DNA of 64,000 nt from Bigelowiella natans CCMP2755 (GCA_000320545.1 ADNK01000041.1:1-64000); one strand, 5' to 3'. Shown: positions 14,050 through 29,099, counted from the stretch's first letter. Numbers and translations are program-made. The notes: generated by a model not told the origin, from the sequence alone.

Positions 14050-14640
14050 CGCATGCATAATCAGTCAACAGTTTCAACCTGCACCTAGTGCAAGGCTAGA
14101 AGGTTCGGCGGTGGGTTGATGCCTGTCGTTGCGCTGCACGTTATGTCGTACCGGCCTTACATGCATGTGCTTTGCTCGAATACGCACTAGATGCTAGAGA
14201 CACAATATCATGTGACACTTAGAAGTAATGATAAATAAGCTAGTAAGGCCTCAGATGGCCTTTCTATCCTAGCATGTTGCACAGCTCATATTTGCGCTGC
14301 ACATGCAACAGCGTACACGGCTAGACGATAATTACCAGCATGCTGCTTTAGTACGACTAATAGCGCAGCACATCTAGATAGCTAAGTGTAGCATGCTAGC
14401 ATGCTAGCATAGCAAGCTAGCAAGAAGTTAGCAATTTCTATCAACATACAATTGTGACATCATTATTTTATCAGCATCCATCGCTGTGTTTCGTCATTAC
14501 ACATTGTATCTAGATGTCTAGATGTGACAGCTTATTGTGTGACTTCATTCTAACTCGAATCGTTGCTTTTTCTATGATGTACAGTCAGTACATAGTGGTA
14601 ATACCTCGATTTAGTCGCTAGCAGCTCGCTATGATACGCC
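14050..14640. other. Convergent-gene spacer with CTAG/CATG/TGCA palindrome-rich composition
   Basis: About 14 CTAG by hand count in ~550 bp; GCATGCTAGCATGC at 14391-14404. Confidence 0.75.
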
Positions 14641-14667
14641 TTCCTCTTGCCCTTGGCCACAAACACG

Positions 14668-14963
14668 CTACATGAAGGAGGCTGGCATTAGGCTGGGGAG
14701 CGCGCCGCTCATCCGTGGACTTTTGCGGTCGTCGCTACCAGAATCAGATACCTGCAGGAATGAATGAATGAAGGCGGACCGCAGCACATACCGAGAGTAG
14801 TCTTTGGCGCTCATTGGTTGCGTACGCAGTACATCGCATTGATGTGCGAAGAAAGCATCGGTTATCCTCCACCAGCATGATGCGTACTACTTCTTGAGTG
14901 AAAAAGTCATAGAGATTAAGCTATTACCTGTTTGGTTGCATCAACTCTGAGAGACCAGCCTAT

Positions 14964-15031
<68 letters not shown>

Positions 15032-15087
15032 ATGAATATCTGTACTGTGCATCCATTGATAATGCATTCATTTTCTGAAGCATTCTT

Positions 15088-15118
<31 letters not shown>

Positions 15119-15409
15119 AGAATTTCCATTTTGTCGAACCGCCGCATGGTAGAATACTCACACACACACACTCTGATAACAACAGCACACCTGTAGCAGA
15201 CCACGTGAATGGCGTCCAAAGCCATTCGGAGGAAACCCCGGCCTGCGCACAACACAACACAGCAAATGAACGGTGCAAGCAAGCGCAAGCATGATGCGAC
15301 GCGACGATTGTCCTTCGATGATATTGAATATTATATGATTTGAGTCGGTCGTTGCACCTACGCATCAGGACAACAACCAGCGCCCACGCCAATATATTCA
15401 TCTCTTTTT

Positions 15410-15482
<73 letters not shown>

Positions 15483-15973
15483 TCTATGAGACGGATGGGA
15501 TGATAGCAATAGCGATGATGACGAATAGTGACGACGGTCAAGAATGGCTGAACCTGCCGCGTATGTACCTCTTTAAGTATCTGCACGATGCCTGCTCTCA
15601 CGTCGTGGTCGGCGGTGATGTTGCTTACAGGGCCAAGAGAGCCATCCTCTATGACAACGCACAAACATAGCAAGGACAGAAATCGTCATTCCTTACACAT
15701 GTTGATTCTGGAGAGGAAGGACAACTCTACAACGACACACGCACACACACACGAGCACAACGCATTTATGACGATGAGCAATCGCTTCTAGCCGTTGGGG
15801 TTCCTTCGCTGTCCTGGTATGTATGTCGGCATCATCATCGTCACCTTCCTCTGGGGAGAAATCGATTTGGGTTTTCCCGGTGTTCATCTCGACCACGGTG
15901 TGGTTTAGAATCTGCCCGGTGGCGTATCGTGAGAGAGAATGAATACATACATAAAGAAAATAAATAAATCAAT

Positions 15974-16041
<68 letters not shown>

Positions 16042-16482
16042 GTGCGTGTGCGTGTGTGCGTGTGTGTGTGATACATACCCGCTTGCAGGCCTTGATGATG
16101 GCGATTTGCCGGCTGTGGCTTTCTATGCGGTGCTCCAAATCCTGTGTGAATCTTCGCGTTGTCATCACCGCCATCATCGCCGCCCCCGTCGCGCGCGTGT
16201 GTACGACGTGCCAGAACGGCATAATAGAGCACGGCAGAGAGCAGCAGCACCCACAAAATCGCAACGCAAACACAGACTGAGAATGCTATCATCGAGTAGA
16301 TCAATGGAAGAGAGAAAGAGAGAAAGAGAGAGAGAGGGAGAGAGAGGTGATGCGACAAACAACATTTCCACACACACCCCAACCACCATCCTCCATTTCA
16401 ATCTTCATGCTGGTACACCTATACATTGTTTCTTCTTCGATAACAAAGTGCTGCTACCTAGCCACCACCACCACTTTCACGA

Positions 16483-16514
<32 letters not shown>

Positions 16515-16912
16515 CAACAACTATTACTACCGATTAAGCAATTCCCCTTGTCGAGAAGCAATGAAGCCCAATGCAGGAGCCTACATCAAGACATTAGGAT
16601 GTAAAATGAAGTTCTTATCATCACCACTACTATCACTATCATCATCACCATCATCATCATCATCATCATTATCACGCTACACGGCAGCATCGCAAACGAG
16701 CGGCCTATTCCGATTGCTAATTGTTTTCGCTGATGGCTGCTGTCATTGCTCTCTCGCGCGGCGCAGACCTCATACTTGACAGTCGCTGGAGGAGCATCGA
16801 TTTGGAAGAAGCTCAGGTCCCTTTGGAAGAGAGGCAAGGGGGGTGTAGATCAAAGAGGAGGAGAGTTTGATGTGAAAGCAGTGCGCAAGGGAAAGGAGAG
16901 TATCTATAAGCT

Positions 16913-16943
<31 letters not shown>

Positions 16944-17539
16944 TCTATATATTCTATTATATATTACAAGCAGACCAACATACATGTACCTTATTTTCGC
17001 TGTATTATTATTACTACTACTACTACAACTGCTACTACTACTGCTGTTGTTGATACTACCGCATGAGAGCCTCTCGAGACACGGATGGGGGTACTGTGAC
17101 CTGCAGAGAGCAGCGATTTGAGAAGACGAAGACGAAGAAGAAGAAGAAGAAGAAGAAGAAGAAGAAGAAGAAGAAGAAGGAGGAGGAGGAGGAGACTTAA
17201 CGATGACCATCATACAGCATACTCATCATCACTCTCGTTAAATACACCTGTCCGTCTCGGAGCCAGTCGAGTACATAGGAAAACCGCTCAGGGGATCGAT
17301 CGACGAAGAAGACGGGGGGGGGCGAGAGAGAGGAGGACGATGAGGAGGAGGAGGAGGAGGAGGAGCTTATCATTGATGCCTTGGCCTGGAGAAGGAGCGT
17401 TGCAAGAAGACATCTTGGGTATTGCTGCAAGATCGACGTGCTCACCTATGATGTATAATTCATTCTTGATATACTTTCAGCCACGACAAGCGGCAGCAAG
17501 CTTTTTCCTATTGTGGAGAAGAATCTCCCCGAGTGCTGC

Positions 17540-17582
<43 letters not shown>

Positions 17583-17897
17583 CGCACACACATGCATGGA
17601 TGCAGGCAGCGCGAGCGGCTCAGTGACGGCACGCGAATGACTCACCTCGAAGATTCGGCCTCCGACATTTATCTTCGCCTGTCGCAGTTGTTGGAACGCA
17701 TACATGGTTTATATAATTGCATAGAGTGTATACATCACGACGACGTGTTTGTTTTATGTTGTGTGGCAAGTATTCTCTCCTCCGCTCTTGACCATCCTCA
17801 CGGCATGTGCCCCTACCGTCTCCGGCCCCCGCCTTTTTGGCGGTAGCACTTGTTGTGTTGTCATTGACGTCGTAGTAGCAGCCATAACTTGGCTGTA

Positions 17898-17938
<41 letters not shown>

Positions 17939-18080
17939 TTACATTTTCGTGTAGTTGTGATGATGGATGGGCCATTGCATGCTATCACTGAACTTATCAT
18001 CGCAGATGTAGTTAGTTTTGATGGTTTGAAGTGGTAGTAAGTAGTACCATTTTTATGAACATCATCATTATGCTAGTATG

Positions 18081-18113
<33 letters not shown>

Positions 18114-18573
18114 AGTAATCGAAGCTGCTGCTTCTATAACGATGATAAACGATGATGGTGATAATGATGGTGATTATGATGAGACTACTTGAGCTTAGAG
18201 TGAAGGGAGATTGTATTGGGCAGCTTGGGAGAGGGGGGGATTGAGCTGCCGCTGCTGGCAGAAGTGAGAGGCGGTTGCGGTGATGGAGGGCCACGTGCTG
18301 CCATTGAAGAAGACGAAGAAGTTCCTATCATCCCGGCGCTAGCGAGTATCTTCATTTGTTGTTGTGGCAAGTAGAAACAGGAAAGAGGAAGGGGAGAGGT
18401 TTATGCAAGAAGCATGATTTCGAGCTGCTTTATCTGAACAACAAGGCTGCAGGCTCTTCATCAAGAGGGGTGCTCAGACTCCCAGCCTCCTCCCTCTAAT
18501 CTTTGATGCTAGCACTATTTTCAACTCTCCCTACCACCCTCCTCCTCCTCCTCCTCCTCCTCCTCCTCCTCCT

Positions 18574-18612
<39 letters not shown>

Positions 18613-18970
18613 TGCTGCTGCTACTACCTCTGGGGTGAGAGCCCCGGCCTCAAGCAAGATACGTGCTATCTCAGAATACCCTCCCTGATTGTGAAGATCC
18701 GCACTCAATCATATAAGTGACTCTGGTAAGAAAGTGGGTGTAGGAATGAAGAATCATCATGCTACTTTCCATTATCATCATCATCATTATTATCATTATC
18801 ATTATCATTATCATCGTCATATTATCATCACTACAATCACCACCACCAGCAGCAGCAGCACTCACCTCTAATGCTGCCTGGATTGCGGTGCGGCCAGAGC
18901 GCTTGTTCTGCCTATCGAGCTCAGCCCCCCTTTCTATCAGGAGCTGATGATGATGATGATATTGATGATA

Positions 18971-19038
<68 letters not shown>

Positions 19039-19416
19039 TGTCCCCTCGTATCCTTGCTTTGTGCGTGATGATAAACAACCTCAACAATGGCCAAATGGCC
19101 ATGCTTTGCAGCCCAGTAAAGAGGGGCAGGCCTGAATAAAAGAAGAGGATAGAGAAGGATGGGGAGGAGGGGGGAGGCCGGAGAGGTAGCGAAGGACAGA
19201 GGGAGAGAGCGGAATCTTTTAGTACGGGGATTATGCTGCTGCAGCATCATCTGTGCTACTGCTTCTAGGACTCACTCATCGATTGTAGACATGGCGATGT
19301 TGGGGTCTGCTCCAGCGTCCAAGAGCGCCTGAAGACGAAAAGGAGGAGGAGGAGGAGGAGGAGAAACAGAAAGGGAGAGAAAGATTATTGGAAATTCGTA
19401 ACAACTAGAACGTCTA

Positions 19417-19460
<44 letters not shown>

Positions 19461-20458
19461 TTTATTTATTTATTTATATCGATTCGAGATGTGTTCCCAT
19501 ATGCATGGTGGTAGATGGTAGCAAGATGGATTTATTTCACAAACTTTTACACAACGCACACACACACACACACACACAAACACGCACACAAATGTATACA
19601 ATATATGTAGATCCATTCGTCAGCAAGAATGTACCTTCGCGACTTGGAAATGGCCTTGGATACACGCTTGTGACAACGGCGTGCAACCCTTCATCATCAT
19701 CATCAGCAGCATCATCATTATTATCATTATCACCAGTCAAATAACAACCCAACAACACAAATGCATTTCTGAAGTGCGTATTTGGCGCGAAATGGTGAGG
19801 ACTGCTGCTGCTATGAGAAAGGACGAGAGGATGAACGTGTGAAGGTGAAACCGTAGCAGACCTCCTTTGATCTCCAGTCTACATCCGCACCGCTAGAGAT
19901 TAGTATAGAAACGACATCGGGCTTTCCCATCTCTGCCGCGACCTGCAACCATCATCATCATCATCATCATCATCATCGTCGTCACCATCATTGTAGGTGA
20001 TAGTGCTTGTTGTGGTGGTGTATCGGGGGAGGTATGTACGTCTATATAGCATCGTGTTTGTATGTGTGTGTTTAGTTGCTCTGGCATTGACTGTTCTGCG
20101 TGCTCGCGCAATCATTCACCCCACGCACACTCAATACGAAGGGGGCGGAGCAGGAGGAGGAGGGGGAGGAAGAAGCAGATCTACCAGAAGCGGTGTGACG
20201 TTCGAGTCTTGCGTCGCCTGATGGTCAAGTGTGGTGGTAGTGGGTGATGATGATGATGATGATGATGGATGATGATGATGATGATTGCTCAATGTTGTGT
20301 CTGCTTTCATGCCTCCCTACCTGATCGACGTTTGGAGCTTCATCAGCGAGCAGCTTGACCACCTGTATTGGTTGGACGGAAAGTCGGGGTGAGGGGGGAG
20401 GCGAATCTGACCATATTCTTCTACACCTTGAGCAACACAAACACATACGCATACATAC

Positions 20459-20502
<44 letters not shown>

Positions 20503-20696
20503 GTATCATCATCTCCTACTACTTCTACTACTACTTCTACTACTACTACTACCACTGCTACCTCGACGTTGCCTCTTTGCGATGCGACAAACAGGGCTGT
20601 GGCATGACTAACACTCGGTATCCTATACGTCGCACTTGCTCCTGACTCGAGAAGGAGCTTTACAACATCGGCATGTCCCATCTTTTAATGCACGAG

Positions 20697-20741
<45 letters not shown>

Positions 20742-21194
20742 TCGTTATTGAGCATTGACGATTATGCTGGACAATATGATGACACATTCGCACCTAGAAG
20801 CTAGTACCAGCAGCAGCAGCAGCAACAACAACACAGCACAGAGCATCGCCACCAGACCGCACCCACTGACCGTCTTCACCTCTCACCACGCCATTCACTG
20901 CAAGTACAACCTGTGCTGCGACATACAACGGCGTCACGCCATTGAGAAGTAACTCATTCGGATTCGCCCCGAACTTCAATAGCCTGTTTGTTATGACGGG
21001 AAAATGATGATGATGGCACCGGGAAAGTGGTGGATTGGACAAGGACTAGGCTCGACAGTAGTAGACCAAAGCAGACACTCTCTCAGGGCATAACTTTCCG
21101 AGGAAAGTGAATAAGCGATAATACCTCTTCACTATTGCAAGGTGACCGTACTGCGCGGCCACATGCAACGGCGTCGCGCCCATCTCTGCGAGTG

Positions 21195-21240
<46 letters not shown>

Positions 21241-21561
21241 AAAGAATTTATAATTAAATGAAAGATATGATTGGCCGAAGTGTGAGAGCAACATGTGGTG
21301 GTGGTGGAAGCTGGTCTGCATCACATCCTCCAGCGTCCAGTCTCACAGCATGCATATGTAGTGCCAACCGAACAAATACATGGGAACGCAACATGACTGT
21401 CAATCTCCGATTTTTTCTGGAATCGACGACTTGTCGCAATGCGGAGATCTGCCCCATTCCTCAGCAAGAGCTCTGCCGCGTCATCGTGTCCCATCTACAC
21501 GTAGAATAGGATGGATTCTGTTCCCCGTGTGTGTGCGTTGAGGTGTTTGGGGGGGGGCAGG

Positions 21562-21606
<45 letters not shown>

Positions 21607-22923
21607 ACCAGTGAAGATTACATCCCTGTAGCTACCTGACAAGTCACAAAAAGTGGGCGTCGCATGTTGCTCTTGTGCTTTGTTCACATTCGCTCCTGAT
21701 GATAGATTACCGAGTCATGGTAACCCAAATCAGCGCTTCCTCTATCTCCGCCTTCTTCTCCCCCCCCCCCCCCCCCTCTCTCGTAACCCCGATATCCTAA
21801 GCAATTGATATTTGTGGAGGGGATAGCACCTCTGCTGAGTAGGAGTTGGATCGTCGTCGTCTGTCCTTCACAAGCTGCGCAATAGAGGGCTGCGGCGGAA
21901 GAAGAAGAAGGCCCGCATGAGTTGTTCACATTACATGTATATCTGTGCTAGTACAAGCACGGGCATTTATCATTTCTGGTGGTCGACCTGTTCTTCCGTG
22001 GGGATCCGAGCCATCAACAGGACTACCCATCATCAAGGAGCGATTTGCCGCAGCAATATCCCCACGACCTAATGGCGGCGGAAAGTGGTGAATTGATGGT
22101 ATCAGTGAGCTCCGGCATGCCATGAATGCAGCGGCGTATTGGCAATGGTTAAAGAGTTGTTCTTCTAGTTTCTTTTGGATTTCATTAGGAGTGTTGTCCG
22201 ATATACTTGCAGCGACGAGTAGAGGCATCTCAGGGCCCGCGTGTCGTACATTCCACCTCTTTACGACATGAGTCTTTCCACTGCATTCAACTCGAATTTC
22301 TCCTGTACTTGCCACTGACACGTATGGGGTAGCGGTGTGGTCACATACAACACACGCAAGCTCAATAAGATATACACAGATTATGGGCGAATTGCGGCGA
22401 CAGAAAAATTAACACTCACGTACTCTACTCATAGACCAACTTAGTCTCAGCATTTTGCATACAAACAAGGATGTATTTATGGCTGGCTGACGGGCAGCCG
22501 AGGCAGCAACTTACGTTGTTCCCGCTTACTATCTTCAGCAGGTAGCAATCGACATATGTGGAATGCGCTGGAGTTGCCAGATAGACGCGCATAAACGAAA
22601 TCGATGAACGGGTGGTCGCCATTGGGACCAGCGAGCGATCCTGTGGCAGCTCGAAGAATGCGCCCAGAAACTTTGAAAGGCAACGTGATAAGCTTCGCCG
22701 GCGTCTTGACCAGGTCTATAGGCGCTCCTAGCTGTGACTGGTGGCGGTGTTGGAGCAGCAGCTGCTCGTACTTTCGAGGTCGCGTGTCATACGAATTGGA
22801 GTTTTTATAGGCAATGAATGCGGAGAGGAGGGCTAGCGCTACTGAAACCTTAAGGAGTATCGCTACTCCGATAACCCCGCGACGTCTCCTGAACTTCAGT
22901 TCCCGTGTCAACACCCCGGGCAT
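14668..22923 (-). CDS. Ankyrin-repeat + KCTD/T1-type BTB protein with N-terminal hydrophobic leader (many exons)
   Basis: About 9 ankyrin repeats (GATPLHVAAQYGHLAIVKRLLKFGANPN, GVTPLYVAAQMGHADVVKLLLESGA, PLYWAAKHGHLAIVE); BTB motifs KINVGGRIFEV (~17670), FFVDRSPERFSYVLDWLRDG (~17250-17310), DLSFFQI; leader RRRRGVIGVAILLKVSVALALLSAFIAY. Last-exon frame uncertain (stop at 14668 or 14709). Confidence 0.75.
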
Positions 22924-23472
22924 GTCACATACAGTGGGAGGTGGTTCGACAGGAGGAGAGAGGGCAGCGGGAGACTGAGTCTTTGGCAGGTCGAAGAGAT
23001 AGAAAAAATATGTCGGCAGAATTTCTAAATACAAATACTTTTATTTGAATAAAACTTATTTCGTTCCCATCAGGGCTGAGAATATTTTTAAAATGGTCGA
23101 ATTTTTAACCCCAAACTTTCCTTCCCAAACCGCGGTTTTCGGAACTTCCGAACTTTGGCGGGAAGCTCTGCTGATTCGAGTTATAAGGTCTCTTGGAGTC
23201 TCTGAAGAGGCAAGCTACTTTAATAACCGGGGATTATTGGATTTACACGGATAGTAACGGGAGATAATCGATTGAAGTGTCGCAGATATTTCGGAACAAA
23301 ACTTCGGAAATTTTGCTGTGAAGACACCGTGCAAAAGCCGCGGTGCGACAGTAAATACCTAGGATTTTATACATTGCGACAGGATGATATGTTGTTTTTA
23401 CATCCAATTTGTCCTGCATTTTCCTCAGTTTCTAGACCTAGAAAATATCGCCACCCACATCCCATAACAACA
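22924..23472. promoter_or_regulatory. Putative bidirectional promoter ankyrin-BTB/SUCL beta
   Basis: Divergent starts ~550 bp apart; repeated TTCGGAA/TTCCGAA words. Confidence 0.55.
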
Positions 23473-26400
23473 ATGTGGAGCAGGCTGTTGAAGAACGCGC
23501 TCCCCAGCACCCGTTCCCCTTCCGTGAAGGGGATTCGATCCTTCTCCGCCCTCTCCCAGCCCTCCATAGCATCATTTCGGCATCCTTTTATCCAGTCGCA
23601 AGCTCGAGGCTTGGCTCCACGGGTAGTCCTCTAATGGCTTAATATATTTTCCGCGCAGGGAGGTTTTTGAATGACATAAATAACGAATTTTGGCCCATTT
23701 GGATTATTTTCTGGTTTGGATGGAACCTGATCTTATTGTCCCCGCAGAAATGCAGCGCTCGTGGCAGTATTTTCGGATCCAATGCCAGGACAGGCGAACA
23801 GGTAAAAATTTCAAATCCATGTGATTGAGCGCGCCAGAAGTACCCATGTTGTATTTTTATTCAGAAAAGAAACTACAACGTCCACGAATGCGATGCTCAA
23901 GCTATTATGGCTAAACACGGTGTTTGTCACTACACCCCCACGTCACCGTCTTCATTCATTCTGCTTCTTTGACTTACAATACAATATATTGCTTAAATCC
24001 CCCATTTTACTTACTAATTCACGATTCGTCGCTCAGGTGTTGCTGTGGCTAAAGGAGCTCCAGCGACGTCAGCAAAGGACGCAGCAGCCGTGGCAGAAAA
24101 GCTCTCCTCTGAAGGTGGTGTAAATAATGGCATCACATATAGCAACTCAGGGGACTCAAATACCTCTTGTCACTTGAGAGCAGCCGTTTTCCTATTTGAA
24201 GGAGGAGAATTTTTGAGAATCAGTTAATTTGTTTCAGCATTTTTGTATGTAAATGTTCAGGTGTAAAGGACTACGTGGTAAAAGCGCAGGTCCTCGCTGG
24301 TGGACGAGGAAAGGTAACAGAGAGAAAGAGAGGCATCTGGAAGAGAGAGAGAGAGAGAGAGGCACAAATATACCTGCTCACCAAAGTATTTGGTGATTAA
24401 CCTGTAATATCCTCTTTCTCATCTTGTTTTTACTACTGTGGCAATCAATAAATGCAGGGCTCTTTCCTGAATGGATTCAAAGGGGGAGTCCATCTGTGCT
24501 CTGAGATCGAAGAGGTTGAGGACCTTGCCTCGAAAATGCTTGGCCAACGCCTGGTAGGACTGCTATTTTCTAACATATTTGTGTACAGCTATATCCATAC
24601 TAAGAAGTACTCGGTCGATTGCATCTGCATTATTCTAACATTGTTAATTTGCTGTCGCTATTGGCCCTGATGCTCCTTTTTTTCTCGATTCTTCATCCTG
24701 AGAGCATAAAACCACCTTTGCATTTTCTCCTCATGGCAGGTTACGAAGCAGACGGGGCCGGAAGGAAAGCCTTGCAACAAGGTGATCGATAAGGAGCTTT
24801 CGAGCACGCAAGAAACGCAGATCAATATAGAATTCGGGGCAGGGAGAGGAATATATTTCCTGAATTCTTACCCTGTGCCTTATTTTATTTATCTTCTTAT
24901 CATTTTCCTCTTCCCTGTTCTCGCTGTCAGGTTTTCGTTACTGAGAGGTTGTTCCTCCGCAAGGAAACCTACTTTGCAATCCTCATGGACAGGTACTTCA
25001 CCCTTTGCCCCTCTGTCCTTTCTCTCCATGAATCTCTACGTTTGCACGTCATATAGGGCATCTGGAGGGCCAATGATGGTAGCAAGCTCTGAAGGCGGCA
25101 TGGATATCGAAGGGGTATGTATAAACTAACTGCGATAACATATGTGTAAAGAATAAATGAGAATAAATGAAGGCTTGGTGCTGAAAATTAGAAGAGTAGG
25201 AGAAGAAGAAGAGTATTAAGAAGAGTCAACGTTAAACCGTCACGTCATATTGAAACGTACCTCGGAAATGCACATCCTGCAAACAACACTTACGTAAAGT
25301 GTGTGTGTGTGTGTGTGTGTTGTGTGCGTATGATCGTGCAGGTTGCTGCTGAGACTCCTGAGCTGATTCACAACCTCCCCGTGTCCTTGGAGAAAGGCCC
25401 GAATAAAGAAGACCTCAAGGTGGGATTTGATGCTGATGAGTTTAGTGACTCCTAGCCAGTACTACAAGTACAGATATTGATATCGATGTAAGCATTCATT
25501 TCAAATCGGCGGTACGCTTGCTACCGGTCTTGTTTGTGGTGGCTTCGTTTTAGGGGGGCGGGGGGAGTGGGGGGGATAGCGATGGTAGTATTGTAATACA
25601 ATACAACTATGAGAGAACCGCCATTACTACTACTGCTGCTGCTGTGATGACTCGCAACTGACAGCAGGAACAACAACAACTCCTTCTCCTCCTCCCTCCT
25701 TAGGAACTGGCCACGAAGATGGGTTTCCCCCACGAAGAGGAAAATGCCCAGGCCGTTGAGATCATGGAGAAGCTCTATGGACTCTTTGTGGAAAATGATG
25801 CTACTCTCATCGAGGTACTACGTACGTAGTACGTACCACTACTACTACTCCTTTTACTACCACTAGATTGATAGATGATTGTGTGCTGACGTGAGCAAGC
25901 TGTTTGTGTGGTGGGTAGTATCGTCGAATTCAAGATTTGTTTCATGTTATCGATCGCTGGGTGACATTTTTGAAACTCTTTTCCCGTTCTAGGTGAATCC
26001 CCTCGGCCAGTCGCACGACGGAACGGTGAGAACAGCACGGAGTAGAGGAGGGGGGGGGGGGGGGGGGGGCCCCTCCCCTTCCCCTTTTTCATCCCCTCCC
26101 CCCCCCTAGGGAAACAGTAGTGGGGGGGAAATAATCCTCCCCCCTTTCGTAATAAAAAATACCCCCGGTGATTATCCGCAGGTCTACTGTTTAGATGCCA
26201 GCTCACTTCGACGACACGCAGCGTAATAGCGACATGCCTGATCCAAATAACCGCTGCCAATATGTAACTTACGTGTCTACCTTTCTACCCATCCAGATAC
26301 CGGCAGAAGGAGACCTTCGCTTTGCGTGACGAATCCCAAGAAGATCCTAGGGAAGTAGAAGCGGAGAGGAGCGATCTGAATTACATCGGCCTCGATGGCA

Positions 26401-26545
26401 ACATTGGCTGCTTAGTCAACGGTAGGGCCAAATAGTTGTAAGTAGCAGTAGAGTCATAGCTGAATCTCTTATGGGAGAAACCACATTCACATCCGCATCA
26501 TCATGCTCTCCTCCCCCGCTGAATATCAAATCCATCAATCTCTTC

Positions 26546-26577
<32 letters not shown>

Positions 26578-27906
26578 TATCATCATCTTTATCACCTCCG
26601 TCACTTCTTCATCATTGGCCATCCTACCTGATCATCTCTCTGCTTATTGTAGGAGCGGGGCTTGCAATGGCGACCATGGACGTCATCAAACTCAATGGGG
26701 GCGACCCTGCCAATTTCCTTGACCTTGGGGGAGGGGCAAATGTCGACCAGGTAGACAACATTTCGCAGCAGCAGTGAGAGTGAGAAACCTGCTGCAGTGG
26801 CTTCTGTGCTTTGCCAATCGATTCGGGGCTTTGCACGTCGCTCTTGAGAGATGGTGATGAGCGAGATGATGTAGATGATGGGAATGATGTTACTGTTGAT
26901 GATGGAGATGAAGATGCTCGCAGCCTTCTCAGTAATGCTGTACCTGTGCGAGATACTGATTGAACAGTTGCTTGTCGCAGGCTTTTTCTTCCTGTCATCA
27001 TTGTAGTTATCATCATCTTATCATCATCATAATCACCATTATCACCATTGCCTCATCCAAGGTAACGGCTGCTTTCAAGCTTCTCAATGACGACCAGAAG
27101 GTCATGGCCATCCTCGTCAATATCTTTGGCGGAATAATGCGCTGCGACATCATTGCCCTCGGAATCATCAAGGCTGCCACAGAGCTCGGTGAGGAAGCTT
27201 GTGATTCGTGCTCATGTTTGAGTTGTTTTGTTGAATAGTTGATTTTTTTGCTGTCGTGTACTTGGGATGCGGTGCATGCGCTGCTCCGACTTGATTAGTT
27301 GGGATTCAAACGTCATTCCTCCTGATCATAACTTGGGTGATCATCGGCGAAATATCTGTCTCTAAGCACCCCTTCCCCTTCCCCCTTCCCCAGGTTTACA
27401 AAAGCCTATCGTCATTCGTCTTGCAGGAACACAGGTACGGCAGTCATAACTAGCAAGATAATGACCAACACCGGGTTGTCCTGCGACGACACCTACAAAC
27501 AATGACAAAACACTCTCTTCAATGGCTGCACAGGTCGAAGAGGCGCGGAAGCTGATCGATGAGTCTGGCCTCCGTATGCTGACCACAGATGACTTGCAAG
27601 AAGCGGTAATAATTGCTAATATGATGCAAGAGAGATGATGATTGGGAGCATGGAGATATTATACACATTATTGTAATAGCAGATGATGATGGTATGCTAG
27701 TGAAATAATATCGAAGTTAAAAGACATCTTCTCCTTATTTAGCTGTGTCACATGACAGCCTCATTCTCTGTTGCTTTGACAATTTCATGAAAAACGATTT
27801 TGACTGTTTGCTTTTGCTCATTAGGCTCAGCGTGCAGTGAGGGTTGCTGAAATTGCAAAGCTGGCTAAAGAAGCACACCTCAGCGTTAAATTCGACCTCC
27901 CACTTT

Positions 27907-27908
<2 letters not shown>
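23473..27908 (+). CDS. SUCLA2: Succinyl-CoA ligase beta subunit, mitochondrial (probably ADP-forming)
   Basis: Presequence [15 protein letters not shown]; [75 protein letters not shown]; C-terminus [14 protein letters not shown] resembles the SUCLA2 type. Confidence 0.95.
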
Positions 27909-27945
<37 letters not shown>

Positions 27946-28327
27946 TACATATACTTGGTGATAATGTTTACCAATAATAGTAAAAATAATATTAATAAAA
28001 ATCATTTGGAACCTGAACACTAGCTCGGAATCATGGTAAGCATATGCGAGCAAGCCGAATAGAATCACAATTGCAGTATGCAATCACCATGCCGTCCATT
28101 CCCGAACTCCACTTCCCGAACTCCACTTGCTGTCTACAAGGCTGGTTAAACGTATCATGATGGTGATAATGATGGTGGTAGTATCTTGCATAGTTTTCCT
28201 TCGTTCACGTTCAAATTATACATAAAGTTGTGGTGCATATTTCAACTGCCATTGCGTAATGATGCGAGAGCACAAACCCTGCTTTTACTATATTGCACTT
28301 TGCGGGTATCGCCTTCGATTCTACAAC

Positions 28328-28425
28328 AGCGCATTATAAGGCTGCTATGAGACGGATGTAATGATATGATCAAATCTTTTCAATGGCCATCGTATATCCT
28401 AATACAAAGCTGCCGCTACAGCGCT
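28328..28425 (+). repeat. Dispersed ~100-bp element, copy 1
   Basis: Shares exact ATGAGACGGATGTAATGA (28347-28364) and collinear flanks with 56784-56878. Confidence 0.7.
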
Positions 28426-29099
28426 CAAATTGTTATAAGACTGTTGTTTATGCTTGCGTATCAGGCTATAGCTACATTGTAAATCGCAATATATGTGTGC
28501 TATATGTACATACATGCTAGTGCTATCTAGAGACACGATATGTGGCTAATATTTTTCATAATGCGTAATATGACAATGCGTCGTACGCTAGCTATGGGTT
28601 ACGCTAATCGTAGCGATGCAGCGCTACATATGGCTACGTAAATGGCAGTGATAGCAGTACATTGCTTTGGCTTGTTTCACACTGAGATTGACATCTAGCA
28701 CGGCTATAACTAGATCTAGAGATGAAGCTAGGGTGATGATACCAAACTATCATGAAGATTTTGATTATTTGTTCATTTCTGTCTCATTCGCCAAGCGCAT
28801 GCACTAGTCTAGTAAGTAGCACGGGCGCTAGCTAGGTACGATACATGCATCACATCATGCATCATGCATGACGCCGATAATGAAGATGAATCTGTTGCGG
28901 GGAAACCATTTTTTCATTTAATGTCACCATGAAAACCTGGACGTGGTTAAGTTTCATCACTCGTTCATGTTTATCGGTGTGGTGCTGTGGCATTTTTTCT
29001 TCTCCAATCGATCATATGATGGCTCAGCCTGTACATGATGAATCCAAACGCCATCACCTATCTAAGTGTTGACTAGCCATGTTATTGAGCTGCTGACTG

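Noticed and set aside
26040-26170. Poly-G/poly-C cluster (possible G-quadruplex or hairpin)
   Set aside because: Looks like low-quality sequence; the adjacent exon shows probable base-call losses.
28099-28128. 14-bp tandem duplication TTCCCGAACTCCAC
   Set aside because: Only two adjacent units with no spacer; a local slippage event, not CRISPR.
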